Shown here: positions 19,165 through 28,610 of the stretch, one piece after another
How positions within the stretch are numbered: the first letter of the stretch is position 1
Layout: each line of letters opens with the position of its first letter
Assembly (NCBI GenBank): GCA_965219565.1
Contig: OZ244780.1
Location: 2,476,256-2,540,255 of the forward strand
Source: Dehalococcoidia bacterium
GTDB taxonomy: Bacteria; Chloroflexota; Dehalococcoidia; Lucifugimonadales; JAGWBF01
Direction of reading: 5' to 3'
Length of the DNA: 64,000 nucleotides
Made by a program: the position numbers and the translations under genes
Notes under the pieces: generated by a model
Database searches by the model: none
Told to the model about the DNA's origin: nothing
What the model saw: only the letters and a program-made list of their open reading frames with translations

Positions 19165-20803
19165 CTGGAGTTACAATGGGAGAACGTCCAGTCTCCTTCA
19201 CCAATAGCCTGGTGACGATTTCCCGGACGCGCTCATCTATACCGTCCCAGTCGGCGGGACCTGACCCGTTGCTCAACGATTCGGCCAGTGACGCGGAGAC
19301 CCTGCTGAAGACCTCCTCCATCTCCTCGCCTTCCATGAATCCCTTAGCGACGATTTCCGGCGGTCTGACGGGCATAAGGGTATGCTTGTCCAAGGCCAGC
19401 GCTACAACGACGACGCCGTCCCGGGCAAGCGCCTTGCGGTCTCGGATGACTCTGCTGCCCTCAGCCAGCCTGTTGCGCCCATCCACGTAGACATGTCCTG
19501 CCGGCGTCGAACCCACGATTTCGCCCTTGTCTCCGTCTATGTCCAGCACATCGCCGTCTTCCAGGATGAAGATGTTTGACTCCTCAACTCCCATCGACTT
19601 GGCCAGGGCCGCGTGGGCCACCAAGTGGTGGAACTCCCCGTGCACGGGCACGAAGAACTTGGGCTTCACCAGGTTGAGCATGGTCTTCAGTTCTTCCTGG
19701 GCGGCGTGGCCGTGGACGTGCACCAGGGCCACTCTGTCGTACAACACCCTCGCTCCCTGTCGGAACAGGTTGTCGATGGTCCTGGTGACTACCGTCTCGT
19801 TGCCCGGTATGGGCGTGGCGGAGATTATCACCGTGTCGCCGCGTTTTATCCGGATGTCTCTGTGGTCCCTGTTGGCGATGCGGACCAGAGCCGAGGTCGG
19901 CTCGCCCTGGCTTCCCGTGGTGATAAGCACCAACTCTTCCGCCGGCAGGTTCCTGGTCTCCCCTAAAGGCAATAGGACTCCCGGTGGAGCGTTCAGATAT
20001 CCCATCTGAACGCTCATCTTGACGTTCTCCACCATGCTTCGGCCGACCACGCAGACCTTGCGGCCATGATTGTAAGCGGCGTCTATCACCTGCTGAATCC
20101 TGGAAATGAGGGAAGCGAAGGTGGCCACCAGCACCCTGCCCGGCGCCTCTCCGATGGCCCGGTCCAACGCGTCGCCCACCACCTGCTCCGACGGCGTGTA
20201 GCCAGGCACTTCGGCGTATGTTGAGTCGGAAAGAAGCAGCAGGACGCCCTTTTCGGCGTAGGATGCGATTTGCGCCAAGTCGGTCGGCAGCCCGTCGACG
20301 GGCGTGTGGTCTACCTTGAAGTCCCCCGTGTGGATGACCATGCCCTGGGGTGTGGAGATGGCCAGACCCATGGCGTCGGGTATGGAGTGGCAGACCCTGA
20401 AGAACTCCACTGAGAACTTGCCCAATTTGACGGGTTTTCCTGGTTCCGCCAGCACAATCTTGGCGTCCCTGTTCCCCGCCCGCTCCCGGAGCTTTACGGA
20501 GATAAGCCCGTGGGCCAGACGCGGGGCATAAACGGGAACGTCCAAGCTGGGCAGCACAAAGGGGAGGGCGCCGGTGTGGTCCTCGTGGCCGTGGGTAATG
20601 AGGATGCCCCGGACCCTGTCCTTTCTTTCCAAAAGGTAGGTGATATCGGGGAGGACCAAGTCGATCCCGGGCATGTCTTCTTCCGGGAAGAGTATCCCGC
20701 AGTCCACCACGATGATGTCCCTGTCGTATTCCAGGGCCATCATGTTCTTCCCGACTTCACCAAGTCCGCCAAGGGGGACTATTCGCAGGGGATTCCTGGC
20801 CAT
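19148..20803 (-). CDS. rnj: ribonuclease J
   Basis: 551 aa. LRIVPLGGLGEVGKNM, metallo-beta-lactamase HGHEDHTGALP, beta-CASP-type remainder. Confidence 0.9.
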   Translation of the reverse strand: MARNPLRIVPLGGLGEVGKNMMALEYDRDIIVVDCGILFPEEDMPGIDLVLPDITYLLERKDRVRGILITHGHEDHTGALPFVLPSLDVPVYAPRLAHGLISVKLRERAGNRDAKIVLAEPGKPVKLGKFSVEFFRVCHSIPDAMGLAISTPQGMVIHTGDFKVDHTPVDGLPTDLAQIASYAEKGVLLLLSDSTYAEVPGYTPSEQVVGDALDRAIGEAPGRVLVATFASLISRIQQVIDAAYNHGRKVCVVGRSMVENVKMSVQMGYLNAPPGVLLPLGETRNLPAEELVLITTGSQGEPTSALVRIANRDHRDIRIKRGDTVIISATPIPGNETVVTRTIDNLFRQGARVLYDRVALVHVHGHAAQEELKTMLNLVKPKFFVPVHGEFHHLVAHAALAKSMGVEESNIFILEDGDVLDIDGDKGEIVGSTPAGHVYVDGRNRLAEGSRVIRDRKALARDGVVVVALALDKHTLMPVRPPEIVAKGFMEGEEMEEVFSRVSASLAESLSNGSGPADWDGIDERVREIVTRLLVKETGRSPIVTPVALEV

Positions 20804-20850
20804 GTCAGACCGTGGGCGCCACAGCGTGGGCGCCTTTCTGTTGTAGATGC

Positions 20851-21459
20851 CTAGAAGAGGGAAAGTTGCTCAGGCTCAGTTTCTTCTTGAATTGGCTCTG
20901 CATCTTCTCGTTCCAGCAACCCTGGTATGGCCAGGAAGTCGCTCTCTATAGTTTTCCTTAACTCCTGACGGTGAAGGGCCGCTGCCGGGTGCATGACGGG
21001 ATAAACGTTGAGTCCGCTTATCTTTCTCAGCTTGCCGCGGGCACGGCTGATGGTCTCGTTTTGAATGAACTTGGCCATCGAGAACCGTCCAAGGGTAACC
21101 ACCAACTCCGGCGCCAGAAGCTCTATCTGACGGTCCAGATATTTGCCGCATTCGGCCACCTCAGCCGGAAGTGGGTCCCTGTTGTTGGGAGGTCGGCATT
21201 TAATCATGTTGGCTATGAAGACGTCCTGTCGCTTCAGGCCAATGGACGCCAGCAACTCCTCCAGGAACGACCCCGCTGCCCCTACGAAGGGCCGCCCCAG
21301 CCTGTCCTCGTGGTGGCCCGGCCCCTCTCCTATGAACATGATCCGGGCGTCGGACGGACCTTCTCCCGGAACTGCGTTAGTGCGCCCCTGGGACAGGGGA
21401 CAATCATGGCAATTGCGGACCTGAGAGGCGACCTCTTCAAGGCTGTTCATCTCCGACAT
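20851..21459 (-). CDS. uracil-DNA glycosylase, family 4
   Basis: 202 aa. CHDCPL, GEGPGHHEDRLGRPFVGAAG, HPAAALH. Confidence 0.85.
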   Translation of the reverse strand: MSEMNSLEEVASQVRNCHDCPLSQGRTNAVPGEGPSDARIMFIGEGPGHHEDRLGRPFVGAAGSFLEELLASIGLKRQDVFIANMIKCRPPNNRDPLPAEVAECGKYLDRQIELLAPELVVTLGRFSMAKFIQNETISRARGKLRKISGLNVYPVMHPAAALHRQELRKTIESDFLAIPGLLEREDAEPIQEETEPEQLSLF

Positions 21460-21581
21460 CCCAACACCCCCCAGCCGTAAAGGAATAGAGTTATCAGGCG
21501 CTTAAGCGCGACGAGTCGCAGGGAACGTCAACCCGCCGCAGCGGCTCAAACGGACCGCCGCCCCCAGGCTCCAAGAAACGG

Positions 21582-21842
21582 TTATTCGTCGGCCACCCCG
21601 TTTGCCTTAAGGTAGTCTATGGCGTTTTGAATTGTGGCAATCTGCCCGGCGTCCTCGTCGGATATCTCGATGGCATTGTCGTCGGTGGAAAACTCTTCCT
21701 CGAAAGCCATTATCAACTCGGCCAAGTCAAGGGAGTCCGCGTTCAAATTGTCGACGAAGGACGCGGAGGGAACCACACTCTCTCCATCGACGTCCAGCTT
21801 ATCGATGACGATAGACTTTACTCGCTCATAAACGGTTGCCAT
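21582..21842 (-). CDS. acpP: acyl carrier protein
   Basis: 86 aa with phosphopantetheine-site motif LNADSLDLAELIMAFEEEF. Confidence 0.9.
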   Translation of the reverse strand: MATVYERVKSIVIDKLDVDGESVVPSASFVDNLNADSLDLAELIMAFEEEFSTDDNAIEISDEDAGQIATIQNAIDYLKANGVADE

Positions 21843-21961
21843 GATATTATTCCATCCTCATTCGGTCCTTGCCCGAATCCGTCCTTCAATATGATGTTTT
21901 AGCGCGCCTCCCGGAATCTGGCTGAGGTCTCTCATAGGGCCTCATCAAGACCCTTGACCTC

Positions 21962-22318
21962 TCACCTTTCATTTTCCATCTGGTCCATGGCAGAACCCAA
22001 GACTCCGTTGACGAACTTTGGAGAGGTTTCCGCTCCGAACACCTTTGCCAACTCCACCGCTTCGTTTATAGCGACCTTGCGGGGAGTGTCCGATCTGTAG
22101 TGCATCTCGTAGAGGGCCAAACGCAAAATGTTGCGTTCCACCGCCGGAAGTTGGCCGACCGGCCAGGCCGGAGCAAACCGTTGGATGTGTTTATCTATTT
22201 CACTTCTCCGCTCCCGGACGCCTTCCGTCAGCTCCATTGCGTAGTTTGAGGACTCCTCAGTCAGCCCCGCTTCTTCCCCAAGCCAACGCAATGAGGACTC
22301 GGCCGGGTGCGCTACCAA
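21962..22318 (-). CDS. nusB: transcription antitermination factor NusB (5-prime end unresolved, homology continues upstream to about 22370-22431)
   Basis: ERNILRLALYEMHY...INEAVELAKVFG...FVNGVLG. The tracked start is a TTG, but NusB-like RSKARVAALQALFEAD is encoded in frame just upstream with no canonical start codon. Confidence 0.7.
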   Translation of the reverse strand: MVAHPAESSLRWLGEEAGLTEESSNYAMELTEGVRERRSEIDKHIQRFAPAWPVGQLPAVERNILRLALYEMHYRSDTPRKVAINEAVELAKVFGAETSPKFVNGVLGSAMDQMENER

Positions 22319-22434
22319 GTCGGCTTCGAACAGGGCTTGCAGGGCGGCGACCCGGGCCTTGCTCCTGGGATTGACGGGCGCGGGGGCCCGCCGTGATGTC
22401 GTCTGGTTAGCGAAAGCCCAATCCCTCTCAACCG

Positions 22435-23421
22435 CTACGCCAAGGCGGACGCCGTGGCGACTTGCCTGGCTGTTTCCAGGTCGGCCACGTTCATGATATC
22501 AAGAGACCGGTCTTTGTAAATCGAGTCTGAGCTGATTCGCTTGATAAGACCGCCCAGTACGCGCCCCGGGCCGAACTCGATAAAGCCGGACACTCCCTCA
22601 TCTATCATACGGCCCACCGACTGCTTCCACCGTACGCAACTGCAGAGCTGGGTCCTGAGCTCTGCCCTTACCATTTCAGCGGTGGTCAAGGGGTCGGACG
22701 TGGCGTTGGCAATGATGGGTATATCAGGATCTCTGATGGTGATTTCGTCGATCGCGGCGCTAAGACCTTCCTGCGCCGGGGACATAAGGGTGGAGTGGAA
22801 AGCTCCACTGACCGGCAAGGGTATGGCCCTCTTGGCGCCCCGGATGGATGCCATATCCAAGGCCCGCGCCACACAGAGCTTGTCCCCGCTTATGACGATT
22901 TGGCCGCCTCCGTTGATGTTGGCTATCTGCGCCCCAGTTTCCATACAGACTTCGGCCAGGGTCGTCTCATCGAGACCCAGGATGGCAGCCATGCTTCCAG
23001 GCCGCTGGTCGCAAGCCTCTTGCATCAGGCGCCCACGTTCTCGCACTAACCTGAAGCCGTCTTCAAGGTCCACTGCGCCGGACACCACCAACGAGGTGTA
23101 TTCTCCCAAGCTGTGTCCCGCCACCGCAGCCGGCACGTACTGGACCTGGCCATGCATTTCCTCCATGGCTCGAAGACACGCCAAGCTCGTCGCCATTATG
23201 GCCGGCTGCGAGTTGACGGTCTTCTCCAGTTCTTCCTGGGGACCCTCGAATATGATTTCCGTCAGATGGGCGCCAAGGATTTCATCGACTTGGTCGAAAA
23301 CTCCTCTGGCCGCTTCGGAACTCTTATAGAGTTCCGAACCCATCCCTACGAACTGCGATCCCTGGCCTGGGAATACGTATGCAATTTTAAGTGACTCGTC
23401 GGTTCCCTCAGTAGCCGCCAT
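22435..23421 (-). CDS. fabD: malonyl CoA-ACP transacylase
   Basis: 328 aa. YVFPGQGSQFVGMG, active site GHSLGEY, SGAFHS. Confidence 0.9.
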   Translation of the reverse strand: MAATEGTDESLKIAYVFPGQGSQFVGMGSELYKSSEAARGVFDQVDEILGAHLTEIIFEGPQEELEKTVNSQPAIMATSLACLRAMEEMHGQVQYVPAAVAGHSLGEYTSLVVSGAVDLEDGFRLVRERGRLMQEACDQRPGSMAAILGLDETTLAEVCMETGAQIANINGGGQIVISGDKLCVARALDMASIRGAKRAIPLPVSGAFHSTLMSPAQEGLSAAIDEITIRDPDIPIIANATSDPLTTAEMVRAELRTQLCSCVRWKQSVGRMIDEGVSGFIEFGPGRVLGGLIKRISSDSIYKDRSLDIMNVADLETARQVATASALA

Positions 23422-23580
23422 TTTGCATCATCCCTCTACATCGACTAAGTTCGATTGACATAAGAAAATACATGAAATAAGCCCGTTGTGCAACCCTAGA
23501 ACACCCGTGTATGCGCCTCGTTCCACCTCCTGCCCATGAAAGCCCCCTCCCAATGCGCCAATATTCTGGCTGCGAGTGGC

Positions 23581-23766
23581 CTATACTTCTCCTGTGTCCA
23601 AGACCCGGCGCCCCTTATAGGAACCGCAGCTTGGGCACGCCCGGTGGGCCAGCTTGGCGCTCCTGCACTGGGGACACCGCCCCGGATGCACGGCCTTTAG
23701 CTTGTAGTGGGCCAATCTCTTGCCCTGCCTGGATTTGGTCAGTTTTTTTACTGGAAGCGCACCCAT
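23581..23766 (-). CDS. rpmF: 50S ribosomal protein L32
   Basis: 61 aa. MGALPVKKLTKSRQGKRLAHYKL with CPQC...CPSC zinc ribbon. Internal Met of tracked ORF 23581..23853. Confidence 0.85.
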   Translation of the reverse strand: MGALPVKKLTKSRQGKRLAHYKLKAVHPGRCPQCRSAKLAHRACPSCGSYKGRRVLDTGEV

Positions 23767-23798
23767 GTCTTCAACTCTTTCTGCTTGAAATTTCAGGC

Positions 23799-24341
23799 CT
23801 ATGCTGGCCTGGGTTCGGATGTTTGCCCAAGAAGCCCTTGCAGCGGCCCCCACCGAGAGTCCACACCACTGTCTTCACACTGACATTCGTCCACGTTCTT
23901 GTCCACTCCGCACATTTGGCAAATGCCCATGCAAAGGGAGTCACAGAGTGGCTTCATAGGTTCGGCGGCAATCAGCCCCTGCCTTAGACCTTCGCTCAAA
24001 TCGAGGATATGGCGGTGTGTGATAGTGAACGACGATGGATCGGCCCCGTCGGGGAGACGCACACGGCCGCCGGTGGCGACGTCGACGGTGGGATAATACT
24101 CTTCCCTGATCGAAAGACGCTGGCGGCTTTCGAAGGTCTTAAGGCACCGGCAACAAACTGCGGGGATACGCACGTCTACTCCGGCGTCCACCCAGATGCC
24201 TTTGTCCGTTCGCATCATTACGACTTTACCGCTACAGCGGACCGGAGGTTCCCCTTCGCTGCTGTCAAACTCGGCATCCACTTCAAAGGTACGGGTTGAG
24301 CCCACCCGCTCCTTCATAAGTTGTGACACATTATATTCCAA
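23799..24341 (-). CDS. yceD: DUF177 / YceD family protein
   Basis: 180 aa directly upstream of rpmF (a conserved pairing), with C-terminal cysteine cluster CDSLCMGICQMCGVDKNVDECQC. Confidence 0.75.
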   Translation of the reverse strand: MEYNVSQLMKERVGSTRTFEVDAEFDSSEGEPPVRCSGKVVMMRTDKGIWVDAGVDVRIPAVCCRCLKTFESRQRLSIREEYYPTVDVATGGRVRLPDGADPSSFTITHRHILDLSEGLRQGLIAAEPMKPLCDSLCMGICQMCGVDKNVDECQCEDSGVDSRWGPLQGLLGQTSEPRPA

Positions 24342-24474
24342 CGTATGTCAGGCCCCATCCTAGATAGGACAGGTGTAATTATATGGGCCGTCTACGTAAG
24401 GGTGTCAATCCCTTGTAACACTAGGTGACTTCGCTTTATCACAACGGGCGTGTTCGCACCTGTTCCGAAAGAAG

Positions 24475-24873
24475 TCAGGGCATGGACTCTCGAATGAAAT
24501 CTATTATGTCCTGGGTTGAGGTGCCTGGTCCGAATATTCCCTTGATTCCCATGTCTTCCAGGACGGGGCGGTCCACCTCTGGGATGATGCCGCCCGCCAG
24601 CACCGTGACGTCACCCATGTCCTTTTCTTTCAGTCCTTCCATGATTGCCGGAAAAATCTCCATATGGGCGCCCGAAAGGATGCTGAGTCCGATGACGTTC
24701 ACGTCCTCCTGAGAGGCCGCCTCCACTATCATCCTAGGGGTCTGGCGGATACCAGTGTAGATCACTTCCATGCCAGCGTCCCTCAGGGCTCTGGCTATGA
24801 CCTTGGCTCCCCGGTCATGGCCGTCCAGACCCGGTTTGGCCACCAGCACACGAATAGTCTTGTTCTGGGTCAT
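24475..24873 (-). CDS. methylmalonyl-CoA mutase, cobalamin-binding small subunit
   Basis: 132 aa. [18 protein letters not shown] (DxHxxG B12 motif), GLSILSGAH. True start is MTQNK at 24873. The Arg-rich upstream part of tracked ORF 24475..25377 overlaps the epimerase gene in another frame. Confidence 0.85.
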   Translation of the reverse strand: MTQNKTIRVLVAKPGLDGHDRGAKVIARALRDAGMEVIYTGIRQTPRMIVEAASQEDVNVIGLSILSGAHMEIFPAIMEGLKEKDMGDVTVLAGGIIPEVDRPVLEDMGIKGIFGPGTSTQDIIDFIRESMP

Positions 24874-24893
24874 TTTGTCCTCTGAAGCTGTCT

Positions 24894-25307
24894 CTAGGGA
24901 GTCTGGACCAACTCGGTGAGTATACCATGCACCGACCGGGGGTGTATGAAGGCGATGATGCCCGACAGTCCCTCTCTGGGTTCCTTGTCCACCAACTCCA
25001 CGCCGTCCGCGGCCAGGTCCTTGAGGGAGTCTCCCACATTGTCCACGTGCAGGGCCAGATGGTGGAGTCCTTCGCCCCTGCGTTCTATGAAGCGTCCTAC
25101 TGCGGACTCCGGCGTCAGGGGTTCGAGCAGCTCGATGCGCGTCTCGCCAATGGGCAGCAGAGTCGCCTTGACTCCCTGGTCTTCCAGTGTCTCGATCTCG
25201 CCGGGCGGGACCTGAAAGAGGTCTTGAAACCGCTTCATGGCCGCTTCTATGTCTTTTACGGCCACGCCGATATGGTCTACGTAACGGGCTGCGCAACTTC
25301 CGCTCAA
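24894..25307 (-). CDS. methylmalonyl-CoA epimerase (VOC/glyoxalase fold)
   Basis: 137 aa. [32 protein letters not shown]. Lies inside the mutase operon. Confidence 0.8.
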   Translation of the reverse strand: MSGSCAARYVDHIGVAVKDIEAAMKRFQDLFQVPPGEIETLEDQGVKATLLPIGETRIELLEPLTPESAVGRFIERRGEGLHHLALHVDNVGDSLKDLAADGVELVDKEPREGLSGIIAFIHPRSVHGILTELVQTP

Positions 25308-25342
25308 GTCTTCCTCCTAGAGTCGCCTGTGAATCGCCAAAC

Positions 25343-26497
25343 TTATACAGGATACTGGGACATAAGCTGCCTGGCAATGATGAGTCTTTGCACCTCCGAC
25401 GTGCCCTCGTATATCGTCGTCACCCGGGCGTCGCGGAAGTAACGCTCCACAGGAGAGTCCTTGAAATAGCCATAGCCTCCGTGCACCTGGAGAGCCTGGG
25501 AGGTCACCTTCACAGCCATTTCGGAGGCCATCAGCTTGGCCATTGACGCCTCATCGATAAAGGGCAATCCCTCGTCCTTCAGTGTGGCGGCGTGCATTGT
25601 GGCCACGCGTGCCGCAAAGACCTCGGTGGCCATGTCCGCCAGCATGAACTGTATGGCCTGGTGCCCCGCCAGCGGTTTGCCAAAGGTCTCCCGCTGCTGA
25701 GCATATTTGACGGAAGCCTCCAAGGCTGCCTGGGCCATACCCACACACTGGGCGGCTATTATGATGCGGCTGGAGTCCAGAATTTCCATGGCGTACCGGA
25801 AACCCCGTCCCTCCTCGCCCAGCCTGTTGGCCTCGGGGACTTTCACGTTCTCGAAAACCAGCTCGCTGGTGCTGGAACCGCGTATGCCCATCTTCCCGTG
25901 CTGCTTGTGAATGTGAAATCCCGGAGCGCCTTTTTCTACGGCAAAGGCGGTGACGCCCCGGGAACCCTGGCTGCGGTCCAGGTTGGCGAACACCACTACG
26001 ACGTCGGCGATGTCGGCATTGGTGATAAAGGTCTTGGAGCCGTTCAACACGTAGGCGCCGTTGGACCGGGCCGCTGTGGTCTCCATTCCCGCGGCGTCGG
26101 AGCCGCCCCTGGGTTCGGTGAGAGCCCAAGCCGCTATCTGTTCTCCTCTTGCCAGAGGCGGGACCAAGCGGAGCTTTTGCTCTTCGCTGCCGAACTTATA
26201 CAGGGTGGTCACACCCAAGGATATATGGGCGACAAGGCATACGCTGGCTGAGGCGTCGCCCCTGGCCACTTCTTCTTCCACAATGGACATCTGGCGGTAA
26301 CCGCCCCCGGAGCCTCCGTACTTTGGGTCGATGCCCATTCCGGTAAGGCCGAGGGCCGCCATTCCCTTCCAGTTCTCCCAGGAAAACTGCTCCTTTTCGT
26401 CTATCTCTTTGGAACGGGGCATCAGCTCCCGTTCGGCAAAGTCGCGGACGGTGTTCTGGAGCATCCTCTCTTCTTCTGTAAGCAGCAAGTTCGCCAT
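25343..26497 (-). CDS. acyl-CoA dehydrogenase (short/branched-chain type)
   Basis: 384 aa. [13 protein letters not shown], canonical catalytic region [20 protein letters not shown]. Confidence 0.9.
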   Translation of the reverse strand: MANLLLTEEERMLQNTVRDFAERELMPRSKEIDEKEQFSWENWKGMAALGLTGMGIDPKYGGSGGGYRQMSIVEEEVARGDASASVCLVAHISLGVTTLYKFGSEEQKLRLVPPLARGEQIAAWALTEPRGGSDAAGMETTAARSNGAYVLNGSKTFITNADIADVVVVFANLDRSQGSRGVTAFAVEKGAPGFHIHKQHGKMGIRGSSTSELVFENVKVPEANRLGEEGRGFRYAMEILDSSRIIIAAQCVGMAQAALEASVKYAQQRETFGKPLAGHQAIQFMLADMATEVFAARVATMHAATLKDEGLPFIDEASMAKLMASEMAVKVTSQALQVHGGYGYFKDSPVERYFRDARVTTIYEGTSEVQRLIIARQLMSQYPV

Positions 26498-26543
26498 TTT
26501 ATCCCCCTGGTTCGACCGCCTAGCTTGAATTCATCCCTCGACT

Positions 26544-26716
26544 CCCTCTCCCTTGACGGGAGAGGGCTGGGGTGAGGGTGATCCCCGGTCCGCTCTGAGC
26601 TTGTCGAAGGTTCTTCCCCCGCTCCCACATCTGGATTCCGGCCTCCGCCGGAATGACGAGTAAGGATGGGCTGTCGGTTCCCCCTCATGCCGACCTTCTC
26701 TCGACAGGGGAGAAGG
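26544..26716. repeat. composite hairpin repeat, copy A (type-1 unit forward, central hairpin, type-2 unit inverted)
   Basis: CCCTCTCCC-TTGAC-GGGAGAGGG + CTGGGGTGAGGGTGA (26544-26581). ATTCCGGC-CTCC-GCCGGAAT (26635-26654). CCCCCTCATGC + CCTTCTC..GAGAAGG (26680-26716). Intergenic. Confidence 0.8.
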
Positions 26717-26748
26717 GGCAGCCGGACAGCTTTCGTTCCAACAACCAG

Positions 26749-28404
26749 TTAGAAAGCTACGAACTCCTCCTGCTCCCCGAAGACCTCCCGAAGGACGTCG
26801 CATATCTCTCCGATGGTGCAGTAACTTTCCACGCATTCCAGAATGGCCGGGAGGGTGTTGTCCGTTCCTCTCGCAACTTCTTCCAGCCGCTTGAGAGCCA
26901 ACGTCGCAGCCTCGTTGTCCCGCTCCCGCCTGAGAGTCTGAAGCCGTTCCACCTGCTGTCTGGACCCGGCCTCGTCGACTTTGAGCAGTCCCTCGATAGG
27001 AGGGCTTTCGGTGACGAACCTGTTGACTCCCACAATAATCTGTTCGCTCTGTTCAACCTGCTGCTGGTGAATGAAGGCGGCGTCCTGAATTTCCCTAATC
27101 TGGTAGCCGTTTTCCAAAGCCGAAACGGCGCCGCCCTGGGCGTCAATTTTCTCGATGTATTCGAAAGCTTGCTTTTCCAACTGGGAGGTCAGGCTCTCGA
27201 CGTAGTAGGAGCCTCCGAGGGGATCGACCACGTCGCCCACCCCGTTTTCGTAGGCCAGCACCTGCTGGGTTCGCAGCGACAGCTGGACAGACTCCTCGCT
27301 GGGCAACGCCAGGGCCTCGTCTCGGGAGTTGACGTGGAGGGACTGGGTTCCCCCTAGTATGGCGGCCAAGGCCTGCACAGTGGACCGGAGCAGGTTGTTG
27401 TCAGGCTGCTGGGCCGTCAGGGTGACGCCTGCCGTCTGGGTGTGGAAGCGCAGCATCCACGACCGGGGATTCTTGGCGCCGAACCTCTCCCTCATTATCT
27501 TGGCCCACATTCGGCGAGCGGCGCGGAACTTGGCCACCTCCTCGAATAGGTTGTTCTGAGCAACGAAGAAGAAGGAGAGGCGTCCGGCGAACCGGTCCAC
27601 GTCCAACCCGGCGTCGACGGCCGCTTGGACGTAGGCTATTGCGTTGGAGAAGGTGAAGGCCAACTCCTGGGCCGCGGTGGCCCCGGCTTCCCGCATGTGG
27701 TAGCCGCTGATGGAGATGGTGTTCCAACGAGGGACCTCTTCGGCACAATAGCTGAAGACGTCCACGATGAGCCGCATTGAGGGCTTGGGCGGGTAGATGT
27801 AGGTGCCTCGGGCTATGTATTCCTTGAGGACGTCGTTCTGGAGAGTTCCGTTGAGCTCCGTGGCAGCGACGCCCTGCTTCTTTGCCACGGCAATATAGAA
27901 GGCCAGAAGCACCGGCGCCGTGGCGTTGATGGTCATGGAGGTGGAGACCTTGTCCAGAGGGATGCCGTCCAGCAGCGTCTCCATGTCCTGGAGGCTGCTT
28001 ATTGGCACGCCAACCTTCCCTACTTCTCCCTTAGCAAGTTCGTGGTCCGAGTCGTAGCCGATTTGCGTCGGCAGATCGAAGGCCACGGAGAGACCCGTCT
28101 GGCCTTGTTCCAGCAGGTACTTGTAGCGGCGGTTGGACTCTTCCGCCGTAGCGAACCCGGAGTATTGCCGCATGGTCCAGATGCGGCCCCGGTACATGTT
28201 GGGCTGGACTCCACGGGTGAAGGGATATTCTCCCGGGTAACCGAGTTGGTCCTGGTAGTCAGGGTCCTGGACGTCCTCAGGGGTATAGATGGCGTCCTGG
28301 ACTATCCCTGAAGACGTGACGAAGCTTTCTTTACGTTCCGGGAACCGACTGACGGCAGGGTCCAGGGTTTCCTCCTGCCAGTCCTTCTTGGCGCGGCCGG
28401 TCAT
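26749..28404 (-). CDS. methylmalonyl-CoA mutase, large (catalytic) subunit
   Basis: 551 aa. [46 protein letters not shown]. Confidence 0.9.
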   Translation of the reverse strand: MTGRAKKDWQEETLDPAVSRFPERKESFVTSSGIVQDAIYTPEDVQDPDYQDQLGYPGEYPFTRGVQPNMYRGRIWTMRQYSGFATAEESNRRYKYLLEQGQTGLSVAFDLPTQIGYDSDHELAKGEVGKVGVPISSLQDMETLLDGIPLDKVSTSMTINATAPVLLAFYIAVAKKQGVAATELNGTLQNDVLKEYIARGTYIYPPKPSMRLIVDVFSYCAEEVPRWNTISISGYHMREAGATAAQELAFTFSNAIAYVQAAVDAGLDVDRFAGRLSFFFVAQNNLFEEVAKFRAARRMWAKIMRERFGAKNPRSWMLRFHTQTAGVTLTAQQPDNNLLRSTVQALAAILGGTQSLHVNSRDEALALPSEESVQLSLRTQQVLAYENGVGDVVDPLGGSYYVESLTSQLEKQAFEYIEKIDAQGGAVSALENGYQIREIQDAAFIHQQQVEQSEQIIVGVNRFVTESPPIEGLLKVDEAGSRQQVERLQTLRRERDNEAATLALKRLEEVARGTDNTLPAILECVESYCTIGEICDVLREVFGEQEEFVAF

Positions 28405-28466
28405 CGGGACCTCCTTACGATATTAGGGAAAGATGCGTGTGTCCGCAGCCGGAGAAGGACTAAACT

Positions 28467-28584
28467 CCCTCTCCCTTGACGGGAGAGGGTTGGGGTGAGG
28501 GTGGTCCGAGCATCGATCCGTCGACGCGGCACAAAAATCACGTCCTTCCCCCTCATCCTAGCCTTCTCCCGCCAGGGGAGAAGG
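28467..28584. repeat. composite hairpin repeat, copy B (type-1 forward, type-2 inverted)
   Basis: CCCTCTCCC-TTGAC-GGGAGAGGG + TTGGGGTGAGGGTGG (28467-28504). CCCCTCATCC + CCTTCTCCC-GCCAG-GGGAGAAGG (28548-28584). Intergenic. Confidence 0.8.
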
Positions 28585-28610
28585 GACATTTGCGTTCACG
28601 GTTTGATAGT

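Noticed and set aside
20804-20850. Palindrome GGCGCC-ACAGCGTG-GGCGCC between the UDG and rnj genes as a terminator
   Set aside because: The T-rich tract follows it only on the plus strand, where no gene ends. On the coding (minus) strand there is no U-tract, and the downstream rnj gene starts 20 nt later.
24874-25377. 300-aa version of the B12-binding subunit ORF (24475..25377)
   Set aside because: The upstream 168 codons are Arg/Gly/Pro-rich and overlap the well-supported epimerase gene in another frame. The B12-binding domain begins at MTQNK (24873).
26422-26836. Small ORFs across the hairpin repeats (26422..26688, 26531..26836, 28401..28589, 28476..28823) encoding Gly/Glu/Arg/Pro-rich peptides
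   Set aside because: They are by-products of the GC-rich repeat units. They have no RBS and are readable in both orientations.
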